A stretch of DNA of 64,000 nt, taken from Octopus vulgaris. Lineage: Eukaryota. The translations under genes were made by a program, and so were the position numbers. Where the stretch lies: assembly GCA_951406725.2 (NCBI GenBank), contig OX597815.1, forward strand, positions 104,284,001-104,348,000, in the 5' to 3' direction. The notes beneath the pieces are model-generated. The model was not told the origin of the DNA. It did no database searches and was given only the letters and a program-made list of their open reading frames with translations. Positions 37,686 through 52,185 of this stretch are shown piece by piece. The first letter of the stretch is position 1. Each line of letters opens with the position of its first letter.

Positions 37686-38851
37686 GTAAGAAAAAATGTT
37701 TTTGGAAATATCTACTGTGATTGTGGAATTTTACTGAGTTTAGAGGATGCTTTCACTCTAAGGCTGCGAAGTTATGGTACTTGATTGCTGACCACATTGT
37801 CCAAAAGAAAAATTTTATTGCCATTTTGTATGAAACCTAATGCCATTTATTTTAGTTTAGTTTGCCTAACTGATTTAAAACGAAAAAAAAAAAATAGAGA
37901 AGGAAATAAAAACAGGTTCCACTCCTATTTCATGGCTAAGTTGTTTAGAGGTATGAATGGCATCAAGCTGGGAAGACAATTGTTTCAACAAATTTGCTGT
38001 TGGATGTCTTTGAAATAATGGTATTGAAGGTGCCTTTAAAATTGTCTAAATCTTTATAAGGTTTGCTTCATTGCCATCTCTACCATAACCTCCACCAACT
38101 AGCACCACCATTAACGTCATCATGCTTTTGGTTAACTTTTTGCTATTATGATTTGATACTTTACAAAATGATAACTGTACAAGTAACTTTTACGTTTATT
38201 TACCATCCACGAAGGTAACTTGATTCCATCCTATTTCGGTTGGTAAAATAGAATACTAGTCAAGTAATGTGTTGATTTAATCAGCTGATACTGCCTCCCA
38301 GATTTCAATGAAGAGATTGTAACTTAGGGTCTTGGATGAAATGTCTTAGTATTTATCTTTTAAGAGTATTTCACAGTATTCCTCTGAGGCGCTGCAGCCC
38401 CAAATATAATCTTTGGAAGACAAGATGATGGAACAATTCCATGCAAGTTTGTCATTATGCTCAGTGCAAATTTAAAGTAGAAGTTCTGTGATTAATAAAC
38501 CTGGAGACAAATAGTGATGAGGGTGATGTTTAAAGGTGATATAAATACTGCTCAGAGATCATTTACCTGTCTGATTAGACTCAGGCATTATTTTCTATTC
38601 AGCTATATCATAAAATAAAAACGAGGTGTGTTGAGGTTCTGTAAAATCATACAATCTTTTGACATTTTGTATAATAATGATATTCGACTGGTTTATTTCA
38701 ATATATAAAATGAATTGAACTTAATTTTAGCTACAAAGTAATGAAGAATAATTCAATGAAATGAACATTTGTATTATTGATTAAACGCCCTTATTTAGAC
38801 TTGTGAAGATGGAGTTGCTAATAAAATTACTGGTGGCATTTCTAGATATTT

Positions 38852-39768
38852 ACAGGTATCTAAGGCTGACTATTAAGGAGTGATGCTAGAACTGTGAAAT
38901 CTTCTGTGCATTAATTTAGCAGGAAAGAAATAATACAGTTATTAATAAGAGTTGAAATTGACACCTGACTATTCAAAGAAGACTTCAAAAGTAACTTGTA
39001 TCGAATTCTCTTGAAAATGGACAAAATTTGGCATTGTGGTGTTATCAAGTACCTGCAGAAAAAGGGTTTGGCTCCAAGGACATTTATGCTGATATGGTTG
39101 CTACATTAGTGGATGCTGCTCCAGCTTTATCAACAGTGCAAGAGCGAGGAGCTGAATTTAGAGTGGGAAGGGAAATTCCTGAATATGACCTCATGTCTGG
39201 ACGTCCGGCAATTGCCACCACCGAGCAAACATTGATCATGTTTTCCACTTGGTGATGGATGACAGGCAACTGACTTTAAATCAAATAACCAATGCTATTA
39301 GCATATCCCATGAGAGAGTTGAGAATATTCTGCACAATGAACTTGGCATGATGAAGGTTTCTGCTCAGTGGGTGTCACATCTTCTCATACCTGATCAAAA
39401 ATGCAGGGTTTTGTTTCATCAGGACATTGCTTCAGCATGTGTCCTTTCAGTGGCTGTTGTGCATGACTGTGACTAAACTAGTTGATCAGCTTTTCTATTT
39501 TCCTGATTTGGCACCATCTGACTCTCATCTGTTCCCCAATATGACAAACTTGACTGGGAACCAGTATCACAGTGATGATGAGGTCATGTCTGCTGTTGAC
39601 TTTGTTTTAGCAACAGGATGAAAGCTTCTTCACCAATGGATCCAAGCTCTGCAATATTGATGGAAGAAATGTGTGAACCACAAGGGGTACTATGTTGGAA
39701 AATAAACCTCATTTGGTTACATTCCATGAGAGTATCTTGATCAGCCTATGGATTTTCAGCCAACCCCT
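38852..39768 (+). pseudogene. Internally deleted mariner element
   Basis: SGRPAIATT, KVSAQWVSHLL (cf. WVPHEL), VLFHQD, YFPDLAPSDSHLFP (cf. YSPDLAPSD); 3' end ttcagccaacccc-TA. Confidence 0.85.
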
Positions 39769-41087
39769 ATAATTACCATTTCTAATTGTTTGATACTATT
39801 AATAAACAGGTCAACTCTTGACCCTTCCTACATAATTACCTGTAAAAAATTTTTGCAGTGTACAACTTAACATTATTGTTTCCACACATATACCTCTTTT
39901 TATCAACTACTTAATATTTCATGACAAACATTAATAGTTGTTATTTCAAAGTATCTTAAACTGTTTTTAAAGGGAACCCATTTGCTTCTTGGTTGAATCC
40001 TAATGGACAGTCTTCAGACTCTAGTCAAATATGACTGTACATTTGTTTCTTGTTCCATTTAATACAATTTCAATCTCATTATCTTTGTACAAATTCTTTG
40101 TCTCTGCTTTCTACTTCCTGCATAACAAACTGTATTCATAATGATTAGTTATTCTTATCAATGACCTAAGAAAACTCACATCACTAGTAAAGACAGTCAG
40201 AATTCATTAAGGCATATTTTCTGTTTCTGGATGTCCTTCCTATTGTCTTCTTTGCCTTTTTCCAAGGAAGACTTGAAATGAAACAAATGATGGTAGTATT
40301 CACTCCCAACAATCATGTGATATCAAGACACACACACACACATGGAAAAGATGGAATTCTGTTACTTTCCATCTACCAAATCTACTCTCAAAACTCTAAT
40401 ATATCCAGGGTCTATATTAAGACATTTGTTTAAGATGCCAAGCATCAAGTAAAAAGCACCATTTGAGCGTGGTCAATGCCAGTGCCACCAGCCTGGCTCC
40501 CATGCCAGTGGCACATAAAAAGCACCATATGAGCGTGGTCAATGCCAGTGATACCAGACTGGCTCCAGTGCCGGTGGCACGTAAAAAGCACCCACTATAC
40601 TCTCGGAGTGGTTGGCATTGGGAAGGGCATCCAGCTGTAGAAACATTACCAGATCAGATTGAAGCCTGGTGCAGCCTCTTAGTTTTCCAGTCCTCAGTCA
40701 AACCGTCCAACCCATGGAAAGCGGACGTTAAATGATGATGATGATATTTTAGTGTGTATACTGGAAAGTGATAGGTCTGAATGATTTTACTTCACTAAAT
40801 ATCTGTTGAGATTTGGAATTCTAATTTTTGCCCATTTTCTACATACTAGGAATTTGATAGTGTTGGCATGAATACTTTAGATGCTTGAGTACTATAATTC
40901 AATAATGCTTTAAGTGTTTCTGGTGCATGTTTGCAATTTTATCAAATGTTGAGTTTCAAGTTTTCTTTTTCCCATAATTGTTAATGAGTATCTGGTGGAT
41001 GAAGAAATCAAAACCATGGCCTAGGTAGAAAGTGCAGCTGGCTTTTGGTACAAAATAGATTTTGGGTTAATATTGTGTTAGATTGTA

Positions 41088-41123
<36 letters not shown>

Positions 41124-41354
41124 CACTCACACATGTTTCAGTCTCTAAATTTTCAATAAACATTGGAGTTAATGAATCTAATCTAAATTTTATGCTAATG
41201 AATTATATGGAGATCAATATTTTGTGAGGTTTCTATGTTTTCTTTTTTTCTTTTCCTTTTTTTTTTGTGTTGAACTGAAAATCATTTCTGTATATAATTC
41301 AGCATTCACATGATTTTGTCCACTAATCTTGTAATCTCATTTCCCATTTTGAAG

Positions 41355-41522
41355 AATCTATTGCAGACTCCCTCCTCTCATGATGAAGAATTGATGTCAA
41401 TGCTACGCCCAAGTGATCGAGCTTTGTTATGGCTCTGCTATATCTATTTACATGAATTTCAGCGGTTACCTGACCAACTATATGATTCAACAGGTCATTT
41501 TCTTGACCATTTGTTCCCTAAG
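41355..41522 (+). CDS. ZFC3H1: ZFC3H1 exon 21
   Basis: ttttgaag|AAT (in-frame alternative cag| at 41367) ... AAG|gtcagt; SDRALLWLCYIYLHEFQRLP. Confidence 0.85.
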
Positions 41523-42517
41523 GTCAGTATTATTAGTCATTGTTGACATGACTGTAATAAGGGCATATTAAAATTATCAAATTTAAAAGCTGTTAGTATT
41601 TTTGTGTTAGTTTGATATTTACATAGTTTAACAAGCTTAGCTAATCCACTATTCTATAGATATTGTTGATATGTTATGTGGTTATATATATATTCATGTG
41701 TCTGCAATATCTATAAAGGCTCAGCTATACGTATATATGCTATGTGAGAGTGTGAAGGCATGTGACCTAGTGTTGGTTTCACAGTCATAAAGTTATATTA
41801 TTTCTGGTTTGGGTAGCATGCTGTGTCCTTGACTCATAAACTTCATTTCATATTTCTTTCTACTCAGTTGAAATGTCTAGCAGCTAAATACTTGTCTTGC
41901 TCCAGCATGTCCTCTGGGTCATAGGTAGGAGGGATGAGAAAATATATTACCCTGAGGTGCCATGCAGTGGGACTGAATCCACATAATTAGGGAGCAGACT
42001 TCTTAACACACACACACATACATCAAAACTTTGCATTAAAATGGTAAATTCCTGAGATGAACTAGCTACGGTGATAATCTGTTGTACAAGTTGCAGTCAT
42101 AATAATGTGTAACTGTAGGACAATAGAAGACTTGCCATGTTTGCAATAAATGTGATAGTTGATCTCAGACTCCCAATGGTAGCAGCTCATAAACTACTGA
42201 ACTGTTTTTTTATGCTCTCTTTCAATATTTTGATTCTATTTTTTAAAATCAGTTTCTTTAATTGTTATTAAAGCATCTGAAAAGAAATTGTTATACTCGG
42301 ACACTTCACCTTGCCACATAAATATTTGGTAATTTTATTGGGTCTATTGATAACAAAACTATTCAGAACTCTTAAATCATTCAAGAATAATGTCATATTT
42401 TAAGACCCAGGATTATTTTATGTAACTGAAAGTATAGTACCTGCCCTCTTTCTTTCTTATTTTTCTCTCCCCATTTTCTTTTTCTCTCTCTTTTAAATTT
42501 TTGTTTTGTCTACCCAG

Positions 42518-42699
42518 TCTCTCCACATAGATTGGTATAGCCATTCCAAGCTGCAGTGTGATATCAAATTCTTACAGAAGCTTTATGAAGAGTGTTTGAC
42601 TTTCTGTTTACAAACTGATGGTGAAAGAACTGATGAGCATGACAAAGTGTCTTCTGAAGTTTACTGTAACTTTCTAAAACTTCTTCACAGTCAGTCCAG
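42518..42699 (+). CDS. ZFC3H1: ZFC3H1 exon 22
   Basis: long pyrimidine tract, cccag|TCT ... AG|gtataa. Confidence 0.83.
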
Positions 42700-43466
42700 G
42701 TATAATTCTTGTCTTTTCTATTCCGTTATAATTACATTTTAGAACAAATGTATATCCTATATCTTTGACAAGATCAATAACAAATGAATTAAGCTATTTT
42801 ACTTTTATAACTGATATTACAGAGTTATCGAAGCTTGAGCTGGCTGCTATTTTGTCTTAAAGAAGGAGGACAAGCTTCCCTGAACTTCTCTGGGAGGAAA
42901 TTCCAGTGGGTTACATTTCTGGGAAGAATGATCATGAAAGTGTTAAGTGCACAGCACTTACTTTTTTATTATTATTGTTTTATGTGTATGACAGCTACTT
43001 TGCAGTGGAGGGCCAGTGGATGATCAAGAATATTTCTAGGCATGAAATGTACTGAGTTTGAATTTTCACAATCCCGTATAGATGAAGTCAACATAGGAGA
43101 TCGTAAGGCCTGGCACTTTGAAGATTTTCAACGTTTTCATATCTCTTTTTCAAATCAGCACATTTATTAGGTTACATGTAGATGCCTGTATGAAGAACTT
43201 TGAGGTGTAAGGTGTGGTGGTATCTGCAGAGAAGTGTATGTAGTTAAAATTAACAGCAAGGAAGTGTGTAGGAGTATTTATAACATTTGAGAAGACCTTA
43301 TCAGCACTTGCTGCAATGTGGTTGTCTTGCAGAAAAGTTTTGTTTTTTACTTAATTAAATTGATGTGTAATCTTAGGTGAGTTTTCATCTCAAGCACAAC
43401 TAAAGGACTTTTTGATGTAAAAGACATTGTTGATGGAGAATTGGTGTGTGACCTAAGTGAAGTTTT

Positions 43467-44250
43467 GGATCTTTTCCCTTTGAACGGCAGATCGAGAAAT
43501 TAATTTTTTGCAACTAAACACTTTCAAACTTTGGACACTGGTAGAATATGTCATATAACATCTTTTACTCTTAGTGTTGTTGAGAAAAGTTTATATTTTC
43601 AAAGTTATTTTGTGTTAAAGTAGTCTTATTTCGGTAATTTCAACCAATTAATGATATGTATTCAGCTGAATAAAATTACTGCTGTCGTTTGTCAACAACT
43701 ACTATCAGCGGTGTATATTTCGTTTGTCACTGTTATTTATGACATCGTTCATGTGTTTGTACTGGTTTTAATTTTAGGGTTAGAGTTATGGAAAAAAGTG
43801 AAAAATTAAGAAATTGAAAGGGGTGGGGGCCAAAGTCTTTCTGAAAATAGTAGCTGAAAAACAGGAAAAAAAAACTAAAAGCAGTAGAAATGCACAAACG
43901 ATTATGGTGGTGTCGTGAAGTAAGCGTGCTTCAGATACACTCGTTTACTCATACGGCCGTAACTGAGATGAAATATGTCATAAATAACAGTGACAAACGA
44001 AATATTCACCGCTGGAAGTTGTTGTTGACAAACAACAGCAGTAATTTTATTCAGCTCAATAGACGTCATTGATTGGTTGAAATTACCGAAATATGACAAC
44101 TTTAACATGAAATAACTTTGAAAATACAAACTTTTCTCAACAACACTAACAGTTAAAGATGTTTTATATGACACATTCTACCAGTGTCCGAAGTTTGAAA
44201 GTATTACAAAAAATTAATTTCTAAATCTGTCGTTTAAAGGGTAAAGATCC
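43467..44250. mobile_element. MITE with ~290-bp terminal inverted repeats
   Basis: GGATC...GATCC ends; flanks gaagtttt / aaagtttt (7 of 8 match, probable 8-bp TSD); Mutator- or Merlin-like by inference. Confidence 0.85.
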
Positions 44251-44994
44251 AAAGTTTTTACTTTATCTGCTTAAGCTGTATGAACGGTTACTGAGAGGGG
44301 AGATAATCTTCAGGTGATAAGATTTCCATCAACTTTTAAGATATTGGAAGTGAAAGAACAGGAAAATAGTTAGTAAGATTCCTCTTATTGAAAATAGGAA
44401 GCACTTATTCACATTTTTAGTACATTGAGATAGATCCCTGTAGAGAAGAAAATTGAAGAATTTGGTAGTTGTGATCTAATATTCAATATACTGTTTTAGG
44501 GTAATAGAAGAGACACTCAAGACTGCTTACATTGTTGGATTGGTGTGGCTAGAGTAGTACTCACTTCATGACTGGCTACATGGTGGTGAAACAGGTGGAA
44601 TGTAGTAACAGTTTTTATCCTGTTCAGTGGAAGTGGTTACATATGGAACTATTTTTGTTGCGGAGTGATTGATTGGAAGATTCACGGAGGTGGTTTTAAA
44701 GTCTAACAGTGAAATTATTTTGCATTTTTGGAAATCGTTAAAGTTTGCATCTATTTTGATTGAGGATCACTGACCTTTTCTTAATGCAATATGAAATGGA
44801 AATTCAGATATTTAGCCAGTTTATTTCCCCAAGGAATGTGAGTTACCATCATTCCAAAGAATCTGTTTGACTAAAGATAAAAGGTAAGTTTCTATTCTAA
44901 GTTACCTTCAGTAGACATATATCCATTGTATCATTGCTTTTTATTCCAAAGAATGTATTTCTATAATAGATTTGTTTATAAATGTTATTTTCAG

Positions 44995-45115
44995 AATGGA
45001 TGAAGCCCTTTCTATAGGGCGTGAAGTGTTAATGAAGTGGCCACACTTGGATGACATTTGGCTCTCAATGGCTGAATTTTATTCAGCAGACAAGAACGTT
45101 ACTGCTGTTTGGCAG
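44995..45115 (+). CDS. ZFC3H1: ZFC3H1 exon 23
   Basis: ttttcag|A ... CAG|gtttgt; MDEALSIGREVLMKWP. Confidence 0.85.
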
Positions 45116-45399
45116 GTTTGTGTTAAATTACGCATATCTATTATACTAGACATTTCTATTCCTCACTATAACCATGCTAAAAATTGTGGTTTTCCTTAAA
45201 TTTAAAAAGTATATATTGAATAATGTAGGTCTAAGCACACTGTCTAGGGATCAGACCTGGTGGTTCAAAATTGTAGTTGATGCACATGACGGGAATGGTG
45301 AGTTGGGATGGAATATTTCTACAGTACAATTTATGAGGACCACAAATCAGAGCTGTGACTGATGGAAGATTCGTACCAGATGGAAAGTAATATGGTGCT

Positions 45400-46900
45400 G
45401 GAGATAAAGCTATGAAATGGGGCTGGAGAGACTGGAAAAAAGGCTGAAGCTAAGTACATCATCTAGAAAAGAAGCTAAAAATTGAATATACTTAACAAGC
45501 AGAGAAACGGAAAGTTATAGGTTTGCACAAGTACTCCAACATGAGGATCAGGTGTGAGATATTCTGAATTGCAAAGCATTGTACAAGAGAGAATTGAGAA
45601 ATGTGTACACAAGAATGGTACTCTTGCCTATTGATACCAGAATGAATGAGGTATGGAAATGCTGTTATAAACGATTGTACAGAGTCAGTTAGGTTGTATA
45701 GAAAAGTGCCATGGCAAATGACAGACATAAGTGTTGTCATCACCTATTAAAAAGGAAAAAGAGATGCACTAGAGAAAGGTAACAGCAGAGGCTTTGAGTT
45801 GTTGGTCCAAGTTATGAAAGTTATGGAAAAAGAGCATTGACCTAGATAAAATGCAGTTTGGCTTTGAACCAAGAAGAAGTAGTACCAAAGCCATTTTCCT
45901 AAGGCAATTGAGAGAGAAATACATAATTAGAAGTAAGCCCTATATCTTAGCATTTGTCTATCTCATGAAAGCCTCTAGTAGGGTCTGTACTCTGGCATGT
46001 GGTAGTCTCTGATAGCAAGGAGTAGATAAATGGCTTGTGAAGGCTGCAGAAGCCAAGTGTAAAGTGAAATTAGCAAGTTGAGAGGCAAGAATGAATTCAG
46101 ATAAATTTAGCAAGCAGGTAGCAGTCTATCAGAGCTAAGAGTCAGCCTCTCCTATTTATTATTGTCGTCCAGGCTATAACAGTTAATTTTATGACCAGCT
46201 GTCCTTGGGAACTTGTATGTTGATGGCTTAGTTTTTGCAGCAGAATCTATTAGAAATTTAGTGAAAACAATTCAGATATGGGAGCCAAGCTTAAGACTGA
46301 ATGGCCTCAGTAAGCAAAGTAGGAAAGGTGTGGTGCTGCTACTATCACAAGAATGGGTGTATTTGATGTGCAGAAAAAGATTAGGTAGAAATCCTTTAAG
46401 ATGTGCCCAGTGTAAACTATAGACATACAAAAGATGTCATGGAGTCGCAGGCAAGTTGGCAGAGAAAGTTGACTTTGTATATGGCAGATGCACAGGAACA
46501 ATTAGCAGTAAGAATACATATAAATTTCTTCAAATGCATGTAAGGCTCACGTGGAGTAGCTAATAGCTTCTTTTACCTAAGGGACCTAATTAGCAGTGAA
46601 GTTTGGTATTCTGAAAACGTAACTAGAGTAAGAATATGTTGGAAAAAGTTCAGGAGCTATTTCATCTGCTAGCTACATTGAATTTCCCTCTTTCTCTCCA
46701 GAATAAATTGGAGGTTGTATGATGCTTTTGTATGTAGTGTGATGCTAAGTGGTGGCATGACATGAGCCTTAAAGGTGGAAGATTTGCACCAGCTAGAAAA
46801 AAATAGTGATCATTCTCTGCTGCTTCTAAAATCTTGTGTAGGAGCAATGAACTGAAAAAAAAAATAGATATAGAAAGAATTGGGTATATTTGTATAAAAA
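45400..46900 (+). mobile_element. Degenerate RTE-type LINE RT region
   Basis: KGKRDALEKGNSRG, MQFGF, AFVYLMKA, SLLLFIIV, PWELVYVDGL; multiple stops. Confidence 0.75.
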
Positions 46901-48582
46901 AAGTTCCATCAGCTTGAAGCGGCTAGAGCCTGCAGAAGAGAGAGAAAGCTGCCTTCAAACCCATGGAATTATATAGTGAATGTTCATTTCAAGAAGATAA
47001 ACCTCACAAAGATAATAAAGAGCTATGATGAATGGTAGCATGCAACATTGCAGAAGAACCATTCATTAGTGCAAAGCAATCAAAGTGGCCATTAGAAAAA
47101 AAGTTGATCATTGATAAATAGAGTATATTTTTACATTTACTCTTTTGCCCATGGTAATCCTGTTGGTTTCCCATTCTTTAGCCTCTTTGTTATCTTATTT
47201 TCACTCAGCCTCTGTCTTACTATGCTATGCTTCCTTTATAATGGGGAATGGCATTTCATCTATCCATATTCAATCCTTCTACCATCACCCTTTATCACTC
47301 TATCTTTCCTTTATTACAGTATCTGTGTAACAAAGGATGGCATTGAACCTTTCCATATCTGTTACTCCCTGCATCACCAATATTTATTGCTGGCCATCTG
47401 TTGTTCCATGTGACTTTACATTGACATCTACTTCCCACACATTTCTGTCCATCACTTACTGCTAGCATCATCTATCTTTTTTGCAATCCTGTTATGCTGC
47501 TCATGCTGGTTTTTTTTTTCCTTTCTGTTTATCAACAACCAACAAGTAGTTATTGTCTCTCTTCCAGTACAACCTCTTTTGCCATCCTCTCAGCCCTATT
47601 ACACTCTTTCCTTCATCTCATTCATACAATCTTCTTTCAGTCTCTTGGTCTCCACACTGTCTTCCATTCACTTTTTCAATCATGTTTACTTTGAAAGAAC
47701 ATAGAACTCTTGCAATTGACAAGCTAATCTCTCTAATGCTGGTTCCATAATAACAATGTATCTTACACGCATTTTTTAAAGTGATAATGTTAGTAAGGAC
47801 ATCTAGCTGTAGAAACCATGCCAAAAATGAAAAGTATGTGTAAGATGTGGTCCTCTTACTCATCTAGGAGGACAATAACTCTGAATAGCAGCCCATGCCA
47901 TCATAGAAAATTGACATAACACAATGATCACCAGAACAACTGTTGTCATAGATCTGCTTGACCAGGGCTGAACACACACACACACGCACATGCATACTGT
48001 GATGTTCATTAATTCTGCTAGAAATAGCAGTCAAATTTCAGTCAAATCACATTAGATAGAGATGGCATGGTCATTACTGGAACACCTTTGATCAAGCTGA
48101 TCTTGGGCAACCGTATTCTAATTATTGATTATTTAACTTTTGTTGGAGTACTGACTTCAGGCTTTTGATTGAGGTGGCTGATTTCGCATTACATTTGGTA
48201 TTGATATGGTAAATAGACATTGAACTTTGTTTTATTTGAATGTTGGGGATGTGTTGATATGTTTAAAATGTGACAGGTGAAACAGCCAGGAAACCCATTG
48301 ATCAAAAGATGAAGTGAAACATCTCAATCCTTTACACAGGTATGCTAATATGAAAGTTTATCTCACTCAGCTAGAAATTGCAAACTCCACATTTTAATAG
48401 CTCTGCAATAAAATATTTGAATAATTCATAAAAAATATGAAAAATTTGTAGCATTTTTTATTGTATAAGAAAAAACAATTTCATTGAAAAAAAAAAATGA
48501 TTTTCAACTCTACTTCACTGTTTTCTTCTTTATTGTGCATTATTACAATAGTTCCTTATATTTCAATAAATGTTTTACACAG

Positions 48583-48660
48583 ATATTTGATGAGGCACTG
48601 AAAACTGGATGTTACTCAGCAAAGCTTTACTTGTATGCATCTCACATGGCATTGAGTTTG
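48583..48660 (+). CDS. ZFC3H1: ZFC3H1 exon 24
   Basis: acacag|ATA ... TTG|gtgagg; 26 codons. Confidence 0.82.
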
Positions 48661-48776
48661 GTGAGGACTTCATTTCTGTCCATCTTTTGCTTCATATACT
48701 CTTTTCTTTATAATTTTGATATTTTTTTTATCGTTTTGTTTTTGTTTTCCTATAGATTTTATTTGTTTAATTTCAG

Positions 48777-48877
48777 ACTGATTCTGAATGTGCATTAAGA
48801 TATCTGGAGCAGGCATCAATATCTTGTTTCTTGATAGACATTACTGATAGTCGTTGTGATCCAAACATTCTTTATTG
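48777..48877 (+). CDS. ZFC3H1: ZFC3H1 exon 25
   Basis: tttcag|ACT ... TG|gtaaga; phase 0 to 2. Confidence 0.83.
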
Positions 48878-51842
48878 GTAAGACATCATCATCGTCATTG
48901 TTTTAGGTTACAGGTTTTTCTAAAACCTTATATTAGATCAGTCCATGTTAATTACTCTTTGAAAAAGTCCTCCTACACAATGTAATGAAATTATCTTGTA
49001 AAATACATTTTTCAACTCTATTTTGTTTGTAACCTGTAACATTCCATTCTACCACGCATATAAAACTCAAGTAAAATAATAGCTTCTAACACAGACACAA
49101 GGTCACAAATTTGAGAGCAAGGTTTTGTCAAACTGTTCCCAATATTTAGTTAGTGTTTCAATTTTATAGACCTTAGAAGGATGAAGTTGACTTGGCAAGA
49201 AACAATACGAAACTTATTTTATCTGTTAGAGTTAATTATTACTACGGACAATATGTTGATATAAATAAGGTGTATCAATATTTTGAATTTTATGCCACTA
49301 ATTGTCCAGAAATCTCTTCAGTTTTGGAAAACTTTCTTAGGAAAGAGTATCTGTTGAAATTAAGGAAATGATTTAACGTGTTTTAATTTAATTTTAATTT
49401 TATAATATTTCTAATCATGTGTTTCAATTAAATTCTAAATTGTTAATTTAAGTCTTGTTTGTAAACAATTGTAACTTTTGGCTTATTATATCAAGTTTGT
49501 GTTTGGAACACAAAAGGTTTTCACGTAAATCTATGATGGAACTTTTATCTCAAAACTATGTACAGCTGAAAGTGAAATGTGAAATTAATTTTTTTAATAT
49601 CTTTCTATATAAAATGAATTACTAGTAAATTTTCAACTGAAATAAGTAACAAAATTGTAAAGGACATCCAAGATGTCATTAGATTTTCTGTGCAAAACAA
49701 GTACTTAATAACACCAAATAATATTTATTTAATTAAGATATATTTTAAAAAATTTGAAAATGAAATAAATTCTTAAAAAAAAAAATTCCACACAAATACC
49801 TTAGTGATGAAAATATTTACTAATTATAAACAGGTGGTCATCTTTTCAGTAACTTGAGGTAAATTATATGAAAAAAAATTGAAAACAAGTAAATTTGAGA
49901 ATATTTTGTAAAATTTAATTCTATATACAAACATTATCTTATATTTTTCTTTTGTGGAAAGCTGTAAAACATGCTTTGCTGCATATGTCAATTTTGCTGG
50001 ATGCACAGTGGAAAGTCAGTTTATTTCATATGCACTGGGAGCTTCCTTTTATTGATATAAGCATTCACAGCATACTCTTTTGTGACTTCATTGTTTCTTT
50101 ATTATCAAAGAAATAGTCCAATTCTGAGAGCTAACCCTGTTACCAGTTTTTGCTTCTATTCCTAATTATTATTTGAATAACCTGTCCTCAGTAGTGTAGC
50201 AAACTACTCAGAACAACAGACAGTCATATTGCTTCTCTATTCTTTGAAATGATGCTTCAGTTTCTAATATAATGTGCCTATTTTAAATAATGGATCGTAA
50301 TTTTCTTCCCTTTGTACTGGTGTACTGGTGTTAGTGTATTGTATGTAGAAATTTAATGTTTTAGAGAATGTGTTTAGTCATAATGCTGGAAAAACAAAGT
50401 TTTCATCAAAGGATTCATTCATTAGTGCTCTAGTAATTGATAATCCTGAGTACTTCTCATTATGATGTTTGTTGCAAAAAGTCCCTGAATTTCTTCTAGG
50501 CATAACTCAATAAACTGTCACCTTTTTTCCTTTTGTGATTAGTGTGTACAGTTATTTCAAACACTTGGATGGAAATAAACAAAAGTAAGCAGTCATTGAA
50601 TTTTGAGTCCCCAAGAAGGCTGATTGGTCCTGGGTCCTTTCAAAATCTATTCTCTTTTTGAAGTCAGTTTGTTATTATATTCCTTACTGTTGCTTTTTCT
50701 ATTAGAAATGGAATAATTCGGTACTAGTTCCACCATATCATAATTGTTGTATTTTAGAATTTCTTTTGGCCACTTCTGTCCTTGAAAATCCATCACTTTC
50801 TTGTCACTGTTTTAACTCCTGTAGATTCAGTATGCCAGAATAGTTAAGAAGTTCACTTTGCAATCAAGAAGCTGCAAGCTTGGTCCTACTGTGTGGCATC
50901 TTGAACAAGTGTCCTATACCAACATCATTTAAGTGAATTGAAAAAAAAATGGAAACTACAAGGAACTCCTTTGAATGGACTGTGCCTGTATTTCAATGGT
51001 TTTGTCACAAACTCTCACATTTATTCTGCCTTAAGATTGCATTAAGACCACATGTTTTGTGAAATAGTCAGCCACTTATTAAGTTAATGAGAAGTTGATG
51101 CAACAACTGAAAATGATGGCCAGAAATATAATTGAGATCCATTTTTTAATATTTATTCTAACTTTGAAGTGTGTATCCATTGTATAAGGAGTGGTATGTT
51201 AGAGAAGTAAAAAAAAATGTGTAAAAATAATCAGAATATCTGTTGACCATTCTATTTACTCTAACAGTGTTGGACAGTGTATGTTAAGCATTTGATTAGT
51301 CAAATCCCATTATAAATAACATGGTTAAAGAGATTTGTATCTATATGTTAATGTTTAATTAGGTGATAATTAACCAAAGATGGTCATGGGTGGGCTGGTG
51401 TTGAAAGCATAAAAATTCCTGGGGTTTTTTCTTTTGTCACTTAACCCCACCACACACATACAAAAATGAAGTAGCAATGTCCACTATTGAATTCCATGGT
51501 TACTAAAAGTTTTCCAGTATTCAGAAATATTTGTAAATCTCTTAGAATTTTTGGCTTTCAGCATGGGGTTCTTGAAATCTGGCACTTCATCTGCAAGCAA
51601 GATGCTAGTCTTCTGCTCTCTACATAGTTCTAAGTCCAAAATTTTTGATATCCTCATTTTCAGCATCTTCTTTGTGTTTTAATTAGTCTTCATTGATATA
51701 CTGATGGTAACAAAATATATGACTAGTAATGCACAGTTTGTCATCTTAAAAGAGTTTTCCACATAGCTAATTACTTCTACTTTCTCATGAGAATGTCTTG
51801 ATTGTTTCTATGTTTAAAATGTCTTTTTTTTTAATTCCCTAG

Positions 51843-51953
51843 CTGTCTACTTCGTCAGACCATCCCTCTTGACTATAAAATACCTGATTATTGTGAAAAT
51901 ATTTCTCCAGAAGTTCTTCAAAAGAATCAGTTATATTTCTGGCTTACTTATTG
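51843..51953 (+). CDS. ZFC3H1: ZFC3H1 exon 26
   Basis: ccctag|C ... TG|gtatgt; NQLYFWLTYC. Confidence 0.87.
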
Positions 51954-52080
51954 GTATGTACTCAGTCATTATGTTTCTCATGTTTGTTAATTTCTTTCTT
52001 TGATGAAATACCTTTTTAAAATAATTTCCAAGTACAAAATTTCTCACTCGTTTTTTTTTTTTTTTTTTTTTTTTTGTTAG

Positions 52081-52185
52081 TTTATTATTGGAGTTACAAA
52101 GTGATTATAGTCAAGCGATTGAAGGATATGAAACTGCTTTGTCCGCTATGAAATCAACATCTGACATTGCTCAAGTTTGGCTACA
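52081..52185 (+). CDS. ZFC3H1: ZFC3H1 exon 27
   Basis: poly-T tract gttag|T ... CA|gtaagt; AIEGYETALSAM...QVWL. Confidence 0.88.

Noticed and set aside
40450-40595. CRISPR-like repeat-spacer pattern
   Set aside because: Whole-unit tandem duplication inside a eukaryotic retroelement tail; no unique spacers or cas genes.
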